Assembly (NCBI GenBank): GCA_029863645.1
Contig: JAOTVA010000005.1
Location: 14,460-78,459, forward strand
Origin: Gemmatimonadota bacterium
GTDB taxonomy: Bacteria; Gemmatimonadota; Gemmatimonadetes; Longimicrobiales; Gaopeijiaceae
Length of the DNA stretch: 64,000 nucleotides
Reading direction: 5' to 3'
Every line of letters begins with the position of its first letter. The first letter of the stretch is position 1. Of the stretch, positions 23,820 to 32,817 are shown piece by piece. The translations under genes and the position numbers were made by a program. The notes beneath the pieces were generated by a model. The model saw only the letters and a list, made by a program, of their open reading frames with translations. It ran no database searches and had not been told where the DNA came from.

Positions 23820-25142
23820 ATGATCCCAGCCCGGGTCATCGAGGCAAAGCGAGACGGTGAGGCGCTCGAGCCTTCGCTTCTCGAGGACTTCCTGAACGCC
23901 TATGTGAGAGGCGAGGTCCCGGACTATCAGATGGCGGCCTTCCTCATGGCCGCCTACCTGCGAGGCCTCGACGACGACGAGACCGAGGTCTTCGTACAGT
24001 GTATGCTCGATTCGGGGCCGACACTCGACTTGTCGCATCTCCCGGGCCCGCGGGTCGACAAGCACTCCACGGGAGGCGTAGGGGACAAGGTGTCCCTGGT
24101 GTTGGCTCCACTCGCGGCAGCATGCGGTCTCTTCGTGCCCATGATCTCGGGTCGCGGTCTCGGCCACACGGGGGGCACCCTGGACAAGCTCGAGGCCATC
24201 CCGGGCTTTCAGACGGAGCTCTCACTCGCTCGCTTCAAGAAGGTCTTGGAGGACGTGGGCTGCGCGATGATCGGGCAGACCACGGAGATCGCGCCGCTGG
24301 ACCGGCGGCTCTACGCGCTGCGGGACGTGACCGGTACGGTCTCGTCCGTACCCCTCATCGCCGCGAGCATCATGAGCAAGAAGCTCGCCGAGGGCTTAGA
24401 CGGACTGCTGCTCGATGTGAAGGTCGGCTCGGGGGCCTTCATTCCCGAGGAGGAGCACGCGACTGACCTCGCGCAAAAGATGGTGAAGATCGGGCAAACT
24501 CGGGGGGTCTCGACCGTGGCCCTGCTCACCGCGATGGATCGGCCGCTGGGGCGCGCCATCGGCGTCGGGCTCGAGACGGTGGAGGCGATTCGGTGCCTGC
24601 AGGGGGACGGTCCAGCCGACCTGCGGGAGCTGGTTCTGGTTCAGGCGACGGAGATGCTCCGGCTCGCGGACGGCGACGAGACGGAACACACGGCCCGGGA
24701 ACGGGCCGCCGCGGCGCTCTCCTCGGGGCTGGCGCTCGAGAGGTTCGCGAGGCTCGTCGAGGCGCAGGGCGGCGACCCGGAGGTTGTGAACGATCCTGAG
24801 CGGCTGGCGACAGCGCCGGTGCGAGAGACGGTTAGCGCGACAGCGGACGGCGTGGTGGTGGAAGTGCAGCCCCGGGTCCTGGGAGAAGGGGTCATTGCGC
24901 TGGGAGGTGGGCGGGTGTTGATGCACCAGCCGGTCGACCCCGGCGTTGGCTTCGAGATCTACGTGTCGCCAGGCGACGCCGTCACCCGAGGAGAACCATT
25001 GGGCGTGGTGCACGCGCGCAATCCCGAGGATGCTCGGCTCGGCGCGGACGTTCTCGGCCGTGCGGTCCGGCTGGGGCGGCCGGGCGATCCAGTCGTCCGG
25101 CGACCCCTCGTCTCGGGTCGCGTCGACGGGGCTGTCCGGTGA
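23820..25142 (+). CDS. deoA: Thymidine/pyrimidine-nucleoside phosphorylase
   Basis: 440-aa ORF with DKHSTGGVGDKVSL and SGRGLGHTGGTLDKLE motifs. Confidence 0.92.
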   Translation: MIPARVIEAKRDGEALEPSLLEDFLNAYVRGEVPDYQMAAFLMAAYLRGLDDDETEVFVQCMLDSGPTLDLSHLPGPRVDKHSTGGVGDKVSLVLAPLAAACGLFVPMISGRGLGHTGGTLDKLEAIPGFQTELSLARFKKVLEDVGCAMIGQTTEIAPLDRRLYALRDVTGTVSSVPLIAASIMSKKLAEGLDGLLLDVKVGSGAFIPEEEHATDLAQKMVKIGQTRGVSTVALLTAMDRPLGRAIGVGLETVEAIRCLQGDGPADLRELVLVQATEMLRLADGDETEHTARERAAAALSSGLALERFARLVEAQGGDPEVVNDPERLATAPVRETVSATADGVVVEVQPRVLGEGVIALGGGRVLMHQPVDPGVGFEIYVSPGDAVTRGEPLGVVHARNPEDARLGADVLGRAVRLGRPGDPVVRRPLVSGRVDGAVR

Positions 25143-25179
25143 CGAACGATGAGGTTGGCGCAGGCAGTGTGCTGTTCGC

Positions 25180-25866
25180 ATGTTTCCTGACATGAGCCAT
25201 GTCATTGAGAACCGTTCAGTTCGTTGGTACGTGCCCCCGCGCCGCGTTGCCGTATTGGTGGCCTTTTCGCTCGCTTCGGGCGTCCCGGCGATCGAGGCGC
25301 AGCAGCCCGAGCTCGCCTTCCGCAACGAGCCAGCACGGGAAATCGCGCGCTTCGGTGCTGCGCGAGTCCTCGAGGCAGTGGGGCCGCCCCTGTTCGGGAG
25401 GCGAGAGTTCTACCGCCCCGTGCCGCCACTGCAGCTCCGGAATCGCTGGCTCGTTGTCCAGGATTCGACGTTCGCCCTAGTCTTTACACAGCCCAGCGGG
25501 GTGAAGCCGGATGTCGACGGCTACGATGGCGACATCTACCTCCGTGCGCTCCAAGACATCCGGGCCATCGAGGTCCGCACGCTCGTATTCAACGTGTGGG
25601 GCGACCTGTCGGGTTACTTGGGAATCACGGTGCTGATGGAGGGCAGGGAGGGTGCGGGGTGGGACCTGCATCCCCGGTGGCCTTCCGAAGGCCGGCCCAC
25701 GCACGAGCATCGCACGAGCATCATGTGGATCCACCGGGTCATGTTCGACGATGAATCGATCCTGCAGGCCGACCTCGCCCCGATCGCCGCCGCGTGGTCC
25801 CACGTGACCGGCTCCGCGTTCGAGGGGCTCCCTGAAGAGTTGCTCGTGCGGGCGGTTGGTTCGTAG
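25180..25866 (+). CDS. Hypothetical secreted protein
   Basis: 228-aa ORF with coding-like GC3 and a signal-like segment (VAVLVAFSLASGVPAIEAQ). I do not recognise a family. Confidence 0.5.
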   Translation: MFPDMSHVIENRSVRWYVPPRRVAVLVAFSLASGVPAIEAQQPELAFRNEPAREIARFGAARVLEAVGPPLFGRREFYRPVPPLQLRNRWLVVQDSTFALVFTQPSGVKPDVDGYDGDIYLRALQDIRAIEVRTLVFNVWGDLSGYLGITVLMEGREGAGWDLHPRWPSEGRPTHEHRTSIMWIHRVMFDDESILQADLAPIAAAWSHVTGSAFEGLPEELLVRAVGS

Positions 25867-26009
25867 GACTGAAGACGCGACCACGTCGGTGAGGGGGTCG
25901 AAGTTCCTTTGTATTTGCTGGTCTGGGGTTGCACCTTGGATGTCACCAGCCCGCGCCGGCCCTGTCGAAAAAACGAGCTTCTCCACCAAGGACCCTCAAG
26001 AGGGAGCTG

Positions 26010-26897
26010 ATGGAAGCGGATCGCACCATCCTCTTCGCGGACGTAGTCGACAGCACGGGGATCACCGAGGCGCTCGGCAACGTCGTGTCTCGCAACATGA
26101 TTGCCGAGATTCTCGACCAACTCGCGAGCGCCACGACGGCTGTCGGCGGAATCGTCATCAAGACCATCGGCGACGAGATCATGTGCTCGTTCGAGTCACC
26201 GTTGGACGGGATCGCTGCCGCGGTGGACATGCAGCGGGCTGTGAGTGCGCGTCTTCCCGTCAACGGCATCCACTCCCGCGTGCGTATCGGATTGCACTCG
26301 GGTTCGGTGCTCTTGGAGAGTGGGGACGTGTTTGGTGACGTCGTCAACGTCGCCGCGCGGGTCGTCGGAATGGCGGCCGCCGAGCAGGTCCTCACGACTG
26401 GCGAGACGATGGACCTCGCGGGGCAGGCGTCCGTGCCGTACCGGAGTTTGGGCGTACACGGCGTTCGAGGACGCGACGAGCAGTTACACCTGTGTGAGAT
26501 CCTGTGGCGGGGCGAGACGGCGCAGATGACCGTGGTGGCGCCCAAGCTGGACCGTGGGCCCATGCCCGAGCTGGAGATTCAGCTCGGTGACCAAATCCTG
26601 AAGGTGAAGGCGGCTTCGAACGACGCGATCTCGCTCGGTCGTGGGGGCGAGTGCACGCTTGTCGTTCCCAGCACCTCAGCTTCCCGAGCGCATGCGGATA
26701 TTTTGACACGAGGCGGTCGGTTCTACCTGGACGACCACAGCACCAACGGCACGTACATCCGACCGGAAGGCGCCAACGAGATCTTCGTGCATCGTGACCA
26801 GGCGCTCCTCCAGGGGTCGGGCTTGATACGGTTGGGCGAGCCCATCGCCGTCCAAGGTCCTCTGGATGTCGAATACCGAACCCGTTACGGCGGCTGA
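26010..26897 (+). CDS. Class III adenylate/guanylate cyclase domain fused to a C-terminal FHA domain
   Basis: ORF 25929..26897, with the start at ATG 26010 preceded by AGGGAG. Cyclase motifs are ILFADVVDST, IKTIGDEIMCSF and GDVVNVAAR. The FHA signature is ISLGRG...RAHADI...YLDDHSTNGTYI. Confidence 0.85.
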   Translation: MEADRTILFADVVDSTGITEALGNVVSRNMIAEILDQLASATTAVGGIVIKTIGDEIMCSFESPLDGIAAAVDMQRAVSARLPVNGIHSRVRIGLHSGSVLLESGDVFGDVVNVAARVVGMAAAEQVLTTGETMDLAGQASVPYRSLGVHGVRGRDEQLHLCEILWRGETAQMTVVAPKLDRGPMPELEIQLGDQILKVKAASNDAISLGRGGECTLVVPSTSASRAHADILTRGGRFYLDDHSTNGTYIRPEGANEIFVHRDQALLQGSGLIRLGEPIAVQGPLDVEYRTRYGG

Positions 26898-26979
26898 CAG
26901 CATGCGCTGTTGTCGAGCCATCGTGGCCGGAGCATTTTTTTGTCTCGCTGTGTCGTTTCGAACAGGGTCAGCGTAGCGC

Positions 26980-29900
26980 ATGTCGAATTCGGTCTCGTGC
27001 AAACAGTGCGGGAAGGCGATGGCCAAGGGTGATCGCTTCTGCCCCGGCTGCGGGACGACCGTCGCCGAACCGATGGACACCGCCACCGCTCAGACCGCGC
27101 AGAGTGCCGGTACGAACATGACGCAGTGCGTCCATTGCGCGACTCCGATGGGCCGCGACGACCGGTTCTGCCCGAAGTGCGGAACGTCGCGCCCCGCGGA
27201 GGCGACCGTCATTTCGCACGTGTCGCTTCGCAACGCTCAGGCTGGCCATCTCATCGAAGCCACCAAGGGCGAATTCGACATCATCCAAACGCTAGGTACC
27301 GGCGCGATGGGTGCCGTGTACCTCGCCAAGGACATCGCCTTGAGCCGCAACGTGGCCATCAAGGTGATCGCGCCCAACCTCTTGTCCGACGAGTCGATGA
27401 TCTCGCGATTCCGGCTCGAAGCCCAAACGGTCGCGTCGCTCCGACATCCGAACATCGTGAACGTGCACGCGGTCCGGCAGTCCGACGACTTGCACTACTT
27501 CGTCATGGAGTTCATCGACGGCCCGCCGCTCCGAAGCATCGTCAAAGGGCATGCGCCCCTCGACGTGGATGTCGTGAAGTCGCTGCTCTTTCAGGTTGGG
27601 TCGGCCCTGAGCTACGCGCACCGCACAGGTGGGGGGGTCATCCACCGCGACATCAAGCCGGCCAACATCATGGTCGACAAGGATGGCAGCGCGTTCGTCA
27701 CCGACTTCGGCATCTCGAAGATCGCTGAGGCTCAGAGCGGCCTCACGCAGACCGGGGCGACCATCGGCACGCCGGAGTACATGAGCCCGGAGCAGTGCAG
27801 AGGCGAGCCGCTCACCGGCGCATCGGATCAGTACGCACTAGGCATCGTGGCCTACGAGATGCTTTGCGGGCATACGCCCTTCAGCGGCACCCAGTACTAC
27901 ATCATGGTCGCGCACACGTCGGAGGCGCCCAAGCCAATCCGCGAGGTGCGTCCCGACTGCCCCGCGGAGGTGGCCGATGCGGTGGAGCGAATGCTCGCCA
28001 AGGAAGCCCATGCGCGATGGCCTGACCTCGACACAGCCGTAGCCGCAATGGGCGGTGGGCCACTGGGGTACCAGAGCCCGATCCGAACGAAGATCGTGGC
28101 GCTCACCGGGGCCACGGTCCCCAACGTGCCCGCGGTCGACACGAGAGGCAGCCGGTCCGAGCCGGACGTGGCCGACACGGCGACGTCCGTAACGGTGACG
28201 GGCATTCCTTCCGTCGTCGAGATCGGCGACACGTTCACGTTGGCGGCCGACGTGAAAGGCACGGGACAGGGCTCGCTCACCGGGCTCGGCGTAGTATGGG
28301 CAAGCACCGACCCGTCGATCGCGAAGGTCGACGCGGGCGTCGTGGAGGCTCTCCAGCGCGGGTCGGTTTCGATCACGGCTATGGCCGGCAACGTCGCCAG
28401 CAGCGTACTCCTCACGGTCGAAGAGCCGAAACCCGCCAAGGTGCTGGTGCGGCCCGGCTCCGTGCGCATCCAGCAGGGTGGACGCATCGGGCTCGCGGCC
28501 ACCGTCCAAGATCGAAAAGGTCGGCCGATGGAGCGCGACGTCCGCTGGAGGACCAGTGACGCGGCGATCGCGACGGTTGCCGAGGACGGCCAAGTCGTGG
28601 CCACCGGCAGCGGTCCCGTGAGCATCGTGGCCGAGAGCGATGGGGTGACGGGAACCGCCGAGATCATCGTCGAGGCGCCCATCGGTGCGACCGCGCCACC
28701 GAAGGCCGTCGCTACACCGCCGGCCCAGCCAGCCAAGGCCACACCATTCAAGCCCGCCGCGGCTCCGCCAAAGGCGCCGGCACCCAAGGCACCTGCAAAG
28801 CCCTCGCGGCCGAAGCCGTCGCCTTCACGGCCACGACCGCAGCCGACCGGGCCACGTCCCGTCTACCGTCGCCCGCCCGTGATCGCCGCCTCGATCGTCG
28901 GGCTTCTTCTCGTCGGGTTTGGGGTCATGAACCTCGTGGGTGGTGGGGGCGAGTCCACGCCAACACCCGTGGGGACGGCAGCCACGCCGACCCCCGAGTC
29001 TGGCGGCGCCGCCCAGGTCGAGCCCCCCATTGGGGCCGGCGGACCCGCCGCCGTCGACCCCGATCCGCCCGCAACCACCACCTCCGGGACCCCCGCCGCT
29101 ACGACGCCAGCCCCGGCGACTACAGCGCCAACCCCAGCGGCCACGACCCCTCCGCCGAGCACAACAGCCGCTACCCCGCCTCCGGCAGCCAGCACGACGC
29201 CCCCTCCGGCCGCTGTCCCGACACCCCGCCAGGTGGAGATCGACCTCACGTCTACGGCGATGGCAGTCGGTGGGACGCAGACCGCGGCCGCCCAGGTCTT
29301 CGCGGACGGCGGCACGAGGATGACGTCCGGGTTCACGCTCTCGTGGCGTTCATCGGACACCTCGGTCCTGTCTGTCGATACCCGTGGTGCGCTGCGCGGC
29401 ACCGGGGCCGGGACGGCCTACCTCGTGGCAACTGCCGGGTCGGCCCGCGACAGCATCTTGGTGGCCGTCGCTGCCGTCGTGGCCAGCGTCGAGATCGCGC
29501 CGTCGGACTTGGCCCTCGAGGTCGGCGGGTCCGGCTCCCTCAGCGCGGTCGCGACCGATCCAAGCGGCGCTCGACTCGAACGGGCGATCGCCTGGTCCTC
29601 GTCGGTGCCTGGAGTCGCGAGCGTGGATGCACGTTCGGGCCGCGTCACGGCGACGAGCGCGGGTACCACGCGGATCACGGCGACGGCGGATGGCATTTCC
29701 GACGCGGTCACGGTAACGGTGGCCGCGCCCGCACCGACGCTCCCGACCGGGGACTTCGTCACTGGTGCGATCACCGCCTACCTAGGCTTCCTGACCTCCA
29801 AGGACGAGGATGCCATCAGGCGCCTTTGGGGCACGGCCGATGAAGACGGCCTGGACGATCTCCTCGACCTGATCGACGAGAACCGCTTCTCGGCTACCCT

Positions 29901-30072
29901 TGGCACAGTGGGCGCAGCGGCCGCGCAGGGCGGAGCCGCTACCGTGCCGTTCGCGGTCAACACGGTATACCGCACCTTCGCCGGCGCCGAACGTCGCTCA
30001 ACGCAGAACTTCTTGGGCCGTTTCGAGCGGTCCGGGTCGAACTGGGTACTTCAGTCGGCCGTAATTCAGTAG
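26980..30072 (+). CDS. Multidomain Ser/Thr protein kinase: double zinc ribbon, Hanks kinase, 2x Big_2, TM, P/T-rich linker, 2x Big_2, C-terminal alpha+beta domain
   Basis: 1030-aa ORF with two CxxC...CPxCG ribbons at the N-terminus. Kinase motifs are GTGAMGAVY, VAIKV, HRDIKPANIM, DFGISK and GTPEYMSPEQ. A single TM (VIAASIVGLLLVGFGVMNLV, nt 28879..28938) is preceded by RPVYRR. Big_2-like repeats lie at about 28180..28675 and 29230..29725. Confidence 0.9.
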   Translation: MSNSVSCKQCGKAMAKGDRFCPGCGTTVAEPMDTATAQTAQSAGTNMTQCVHCATPMGRDDRFCPKCGTSRPAEATVISHVSLRNAQAGHLIEATKGEFDIIQTLGTGAMGAVYLAKDIALSRNVAIKVIAPNLLSDESMISRFRLEAQTVASLRHPNIVNVHAVRQSDDLHYFVMEFIDGPPLRSIVKGHAPLDVDVVKSLLFQVGSALSYAHRTGGGVIHRDIKPANIMVDKDGSAFVTDFGISKIAEAQSGLTQTGATIGTPEYMSPEQCRGEPLTGASDQYALGIVAYEMLCGHTPFSGTQYYIMVAHTSEAPKPIREVRPDCPAEVADAVERMLAKEAHARWPDLDTAVAAMGGGPLGYQSPIRTKIVALTGATVPNVPAVDTRGSRSEPDVADTATSVTVTGIPSVVEIGDTFTLAADVKGTGQGSLTGLGVVWASTDPSIAKVDAGVVEALQRGSVSITAMAGNVASSVLLTVEEPKPAKVLVRPGSVRIQQGGRIGLAATVQDRKGRPMERDVRWRTSDAAIATVAEDGQVVATGSGPVSIVAESDGVTGTAEIIVEAPIGATAPPKAVATPPAQPAKATPFKPAAAPPKAPAPKAPAKPSRPKPSPSRPRPQPTGPRPVYRRPPVIAASIVGLLLVGFGVMNLVGGGGESTPTPVGTAATPTPESGGAAQVEPPIGAGGPAAVDPDPPATTTSGTPAATTPAPATTAPTPAATTPPPSTTAATPPPAASTTPPPAAVPTPRQVEIDLTSTAMAVGGTQTAAAQVFADGGTRMTSGFTLSWRSSDTSVLSVDTRGALRGTGAGTAYLVATAGSARDSILVAVAAVVASVEIAPSDLALEVGGSGSLSAVATDPSGARLERAIAWSSSVPGVASVDARSGRVTATSAGTTRITATADGISDAVTVTVAAPAPTLPTGDFVTGAITAYLGFLTSKDEDAIRRLWGTADEDGLDDLLDLIDENRFSATLGTVGAAAAQGGAATVPFAVNTVYRTFAGAERRSTQNFLGRFERSGSNWVLQSAVIQ

Positions 30073-30091
30073 ACGGTAGCGCGGCCGTCTA
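30070..30091. terminator. Hairpin between convergent kinase and OMP genes
   Basis: TAGACGG-N8-CCGTCTA, a 7-bp stem that includes the kinase stop codon. It sits in the 24-nt convergent gap. Confidence 0.3.
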
Positions 30092-30096
30092 GCGAA

Positions 30097-30705
30097 TCAG
30101 CCCAACCCGATCGCCAGACCGACCCGACCGACCACGTTGGCGCCGGTCCCGAGGTCGAATGTGGCGGTTCCACCGCCGCCCGTCGGAATATCGACCACGC
30201 CGAGATCCTTGTAGCCCATCGTCGCACCCACGTCGAGGTTCACTCGCGCTCCCAGCGGGAAGAGCAGCCCGCCGCCGCCGTTCAGAGTATATCCGGTGCC
30301 GGTACTCTCGAACGAGCCCTGCTGCAGCTTGATCTGGGACAGAGCGGCGCGCGCCGACAGGTAGAGAACGACGTTGTCGCTACCGATGTCCACGACGTAG
30401 CGCGGCTCCACAAAGCCCCCGAGGAACGTGATATCCCGGTTTGACGTCGAAGGAACGCTGTGGAATGTCTGCTCCACGCCTGCGCCGATCGAGAACGCAC
30501 TGGGGTTGATTCTAAGTTGTGCCTCCCAGCCTGCCCCGGCGTCCACGTTCTCGAGTCCACCACCGAAGGGGATCGCGCCGAGTGCGGAGACCTGCAGTGA
30601 GAATTGCTGCGCCGATTGGGCGGAAGCAGCGGTGGGGAGGAGGGCGGTCGCGGTGAACCACGCAGCGACAAAGGCGATCGAACGAGCGATGAGTCGAGTC
30701 GTCAT
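30097..30705 (-). CDS. Outer-membrane beta-barrel protein (OMP_b-brl-like)
   Basis: ORF 30097..30759, with the start taken at ATG 30705. The signal peptide ends ASAQS, followed by alternating hydrophobic beta-strand periodicity rich in G, A and aromatics. Confidence 0.6.
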   Translation of the reverse strand: MTTRLIARSIAFVAAWFTATALLPTAASAQSAQQFSLQVSALGAIPFGGGLENVDAGAGWEAQLRINPSAFSIGAGVEQTFHSVPSTSNRDITFLGGFVEPRYVVDIGSDNVVLYLSARAALSQIKLQQGSFESTGTGYTLNGGGGLLFPLGARVNLDVGATMGYKDLGVVDIPTGGGGTATFDLGTGANVVGRVGLAIGLG

Positions 30706-30896
30706 ATCCGTTGGCGTTGGGATCCAAGGAGTCGGCGGATACACACGCCGAGAGCGCAACCCAATACTAGGCCTTGCTTACCCCGATTGTCGATGATTAC
30801 AAGGCGCTTGCGTGGGATGCGGGGGGCGGGGAAGATTGGGAAGTACACCCGCCGCGACCCCGTCGCGCACCTTCCGACGCCAACTCCGAGGGTTCC

Positions 30897-31535
30897 ATGT
30901 CGGTTCGCCGCACTCTTGTTCCGTTCATGGCGATGGCCGTCGCGCTCGTGCTCAGCTCCTGCAAGGGTGCGGAGCAGGTGTGCGATCCCACTGACCCGTT
31001 GTGCGGCGGGGGCGGTACGCCGACAATCGCGACGATCACCGTGACCTCGCCCGTCGACACCGTGATGGCCGTAGGTCGCACCGTGCAGATGTCGGCCGCG
31101 GCAATGAGTTCCACCGGCAGCCCCGTGTCGGCCACCTTCGTATGGAACTCCACAAGCACGGGGGTCGGAACGGTGAATGCCAACGGCCTGGTCATGGCCC
31201 AGGGTACCGGCACGACGAACGTCCAGGCGATGGCGGGAGGCCAGACGGGGAGCATCCAGATGCGCGCCGTGGACGCCGACCTACCTGCGGTCACACAAAC
31301 ATTGACCGACGCCTACCGGGACGCATTAGCCGCGGCCCTTTCCGGCACCCCGGCTTCGACCCTCTCAGGGCTGATGACGACGTGTGCCAGCCATTTGACC
31401 TCGGGACACGTGCGCTCCTTGAATACGTGCCTCGTCAACGCCTTGAACCTGAGCGGGACCGACGGAAACGACGAAGCCCTTCTCGGCGTGCTCGACCTCT
31501 TTTTCGCGCACGCTCAACGTCAGCTACAACTCTAA
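30897..31535 (+). CDS. Lipoprotein with a Big_2 Ig-like domain
   Basis: ORF 30774..31535, with ATG 30897 preceded by GAGGG. The lipobox is LVLSSC. The Big_2-like segment is ITVTSPVDTVMAVGRTVQMSAAA...GTGTTNVQAMAGGQTGSIQMRAV. Confidence 0.65.
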   Translation: MSVRRTLVPFMAMAVALVLSSCKGAEQVCDPTDPLCGGGGTPTIATITVTSPVDTVMAVGRTVQMSAAAMSSTGSPVSATFVWNSTSTGVGTVNANGLVMAQGTGTTNVQAMAGGQTGSIQMRAVDADLPAVTQTLTDAYRDALAAALSGTPASTLSGLMTTCASHLTSGHVRSLNTCLVNALNLSGTDGNDEALLGVLDLFFAHAQRQLQL

Positions 31536-31561
31536 GACCCCCACCGAAGGATGATGCGCTC

Positions 31562-32185
31562 ATGAATCGGACCTCCTGTCGGCTCGCATTTGCGGCCGTA
31601 GCGGCCCTCCTGGCTCTTGATGGCTCCTCCCTTACGGCTCAGTCGACGTTCGAGGCCTGTCGGGTGCCGAGTGTAGGCGCCATCTACATGATCAACGTGC
31701 CTGGTGCTCCTGCGGCGTGCCTCGACGCAAGCCATGTCGCGTTTTCGTGGACGGAGGGGGGGGTACCGGCGGCGGGGTCGATCACGGACGTGGAGTTGGC
31801 CGCCGACGCGGTGACGTCCGCTAAGATCCTGGACGCATCGATCCTGCCGGCAGACATGCAGGATGGCGCGGTCACGAACGCAAAGCTCGCTCCGGGAATG
31901 TTCCAGTGGGCGATAGTCACAAGTGCCGGCTCCGTGTTCGGGAGTTCGGGTGGCATCACCGGGACTCGAACCGCTACCGGGATCTTCGAGCTGGCCTTCA
32001 CCGAGACCTTGGGCAGCCAATCGAATTGCGCGCATATTGCGACGGCCGCCGAAGGGGCCCATATCCTTCAAACGGTCCATGGCGCACGCTACGGGGGAGG
32101 GAACAACGCGCTCCGAGTGTTGGTCTTCGACGCCGTCGGGGTTGCCGTGAACGGTGGATTCGGCGTCGTGATTATGTGCACGTAA
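31562..32185 (+). CDS. Hypothetical secreted protein with tail-fibre-like DxAVTxAKI repeats
   Basis: This is the C-terminal 207 codons of ORF 31001..32185, starting at ATG 31562 (MNRTSCRLAFAAVAALLAL...). It has a signal peptide and the repeats AADAVTSAKILD / QDGAVTNAKLAP. Confidence 0.55.
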   Translation: MNRTSCRLAFAAVAALLALDGSSLTAQSTFEACRVPSVGAIYMINVPGAPAACLDASHVAFSWTEGGVPAAGSITDVELAADAVTSAKILDASILPADMQDGAVTNAKLAPGMFQWAIVTSAGSVFGSSGGITGTRTATGIFELAFTETLGSQSNCAHIATAAEGAHILQTVHGARYGGGNNALRVLVFDAVGVAVNGGFGVVIMCT

Positions 32186-32211
32186 TACGCTACCGCGCAG
32201 AGAGCGTGAAC

Positions 32212-32246
32212 AACGAGGCCGGCCGCCCCTAGCGGTCGGCCTCGTT
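32212..32246. terminator. Bidirectional terminator hairpin between convergent genes
   Basis: AACGAGGCCGGCCGC-CCCTA-GCGGTCGGCCTCGTT, a 15-bp stem with one mismatch, followed by TGTTT. It lies between the stops at 32185 (+) and 32229 (-). Confidence 0.5.
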
Positions 32247-32810
32247 TGTTTCCGCAGTAGCCATGACCCGCAGCACCCAAGCCCCGACCGCAACCGACCC
32301 TATCATCGCCACGATCCCGCTCCGCCTGAGTGCCGCCCCGATCGCCTGATCCTTGGTGAGCATCCCGTACTTCAGCAGCATGATTGTCCAGTCATGGCTG
32401 TCGACGTCCACGGGCCCGAAGGGCGACACGAGCGGTAGCGCCTGGGCCCGCGCGTCGGCCGCGTAGACGCCCGCGCTGAACAGCGCGGTCCCCAGCCAGA
32501 ACAGGCAGACGGTGGCCCCGAACGGGTCGTCTTGCTTGCGGAGCAGATAGCCCCCGGCAACGATCGGGATCCCCAGCTGGAAGATCGTGCCTCCGGCAAC
32601 GGTCAGGATGCGGTCACCGAGCCAGAAGAAGGCCATGTGGCCCATCTCGTGGAAGGCGAGGGTCACGCCGTCGAAGATCGACCGGTGCAGCGGGTCGGTC
32701 AGGTAGCCGTTGAGCATCCAAAGGAAGACCAAAAGCAAAGGCGCCCGCAGCCACCATATTTGGCCGCGGACGCGCGATGCGATCCACTCTCGAATGAGCC
32801 CCGGGCTCAC
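32229..32810 (-). CDS. Polytopic membrane protein with HEMGH (HExxH) motif
   Basis: ORF 32229..33065, which overlaps the gltB 3' end. A GTG at 32810 lies 7 nt after the gltB stop. It has about 5 TM helices and FHEMGHMAFFWLGD. The start is uncertain. Confidence 0.55.
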   Translation of the reverse strand: MSPGLIREWIASRVRGQIWWLRAPLLLVFLWMLNGYLTDPLHRSIFDGVTLAFHEMGHMAFFWLGDRILTVAGGTIFQLGIPIVAGGYLLRKQDDPFGATVCLFWLGTALFSAGVYAADARAQALPLVSPFGPVDVDSHDWTIMLLKYGMLTKDQAIGAALRRSGIVAMIGSVAVGAWVLRVMATAETNEADR

Positions 32811-32817
32811 GCCTCGG

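Noticed and set aside
28690-29225. Repetitive-looking P/A/K- and P/T/A-rich DNA that could be mistaken for a tandem repeat or CRISPR-like array
   Set aside because: It lies in frame within the kinase ORF and encodes low-complexity linkers flanking the TM helix. There is no regular repeat-spacer periodicity.
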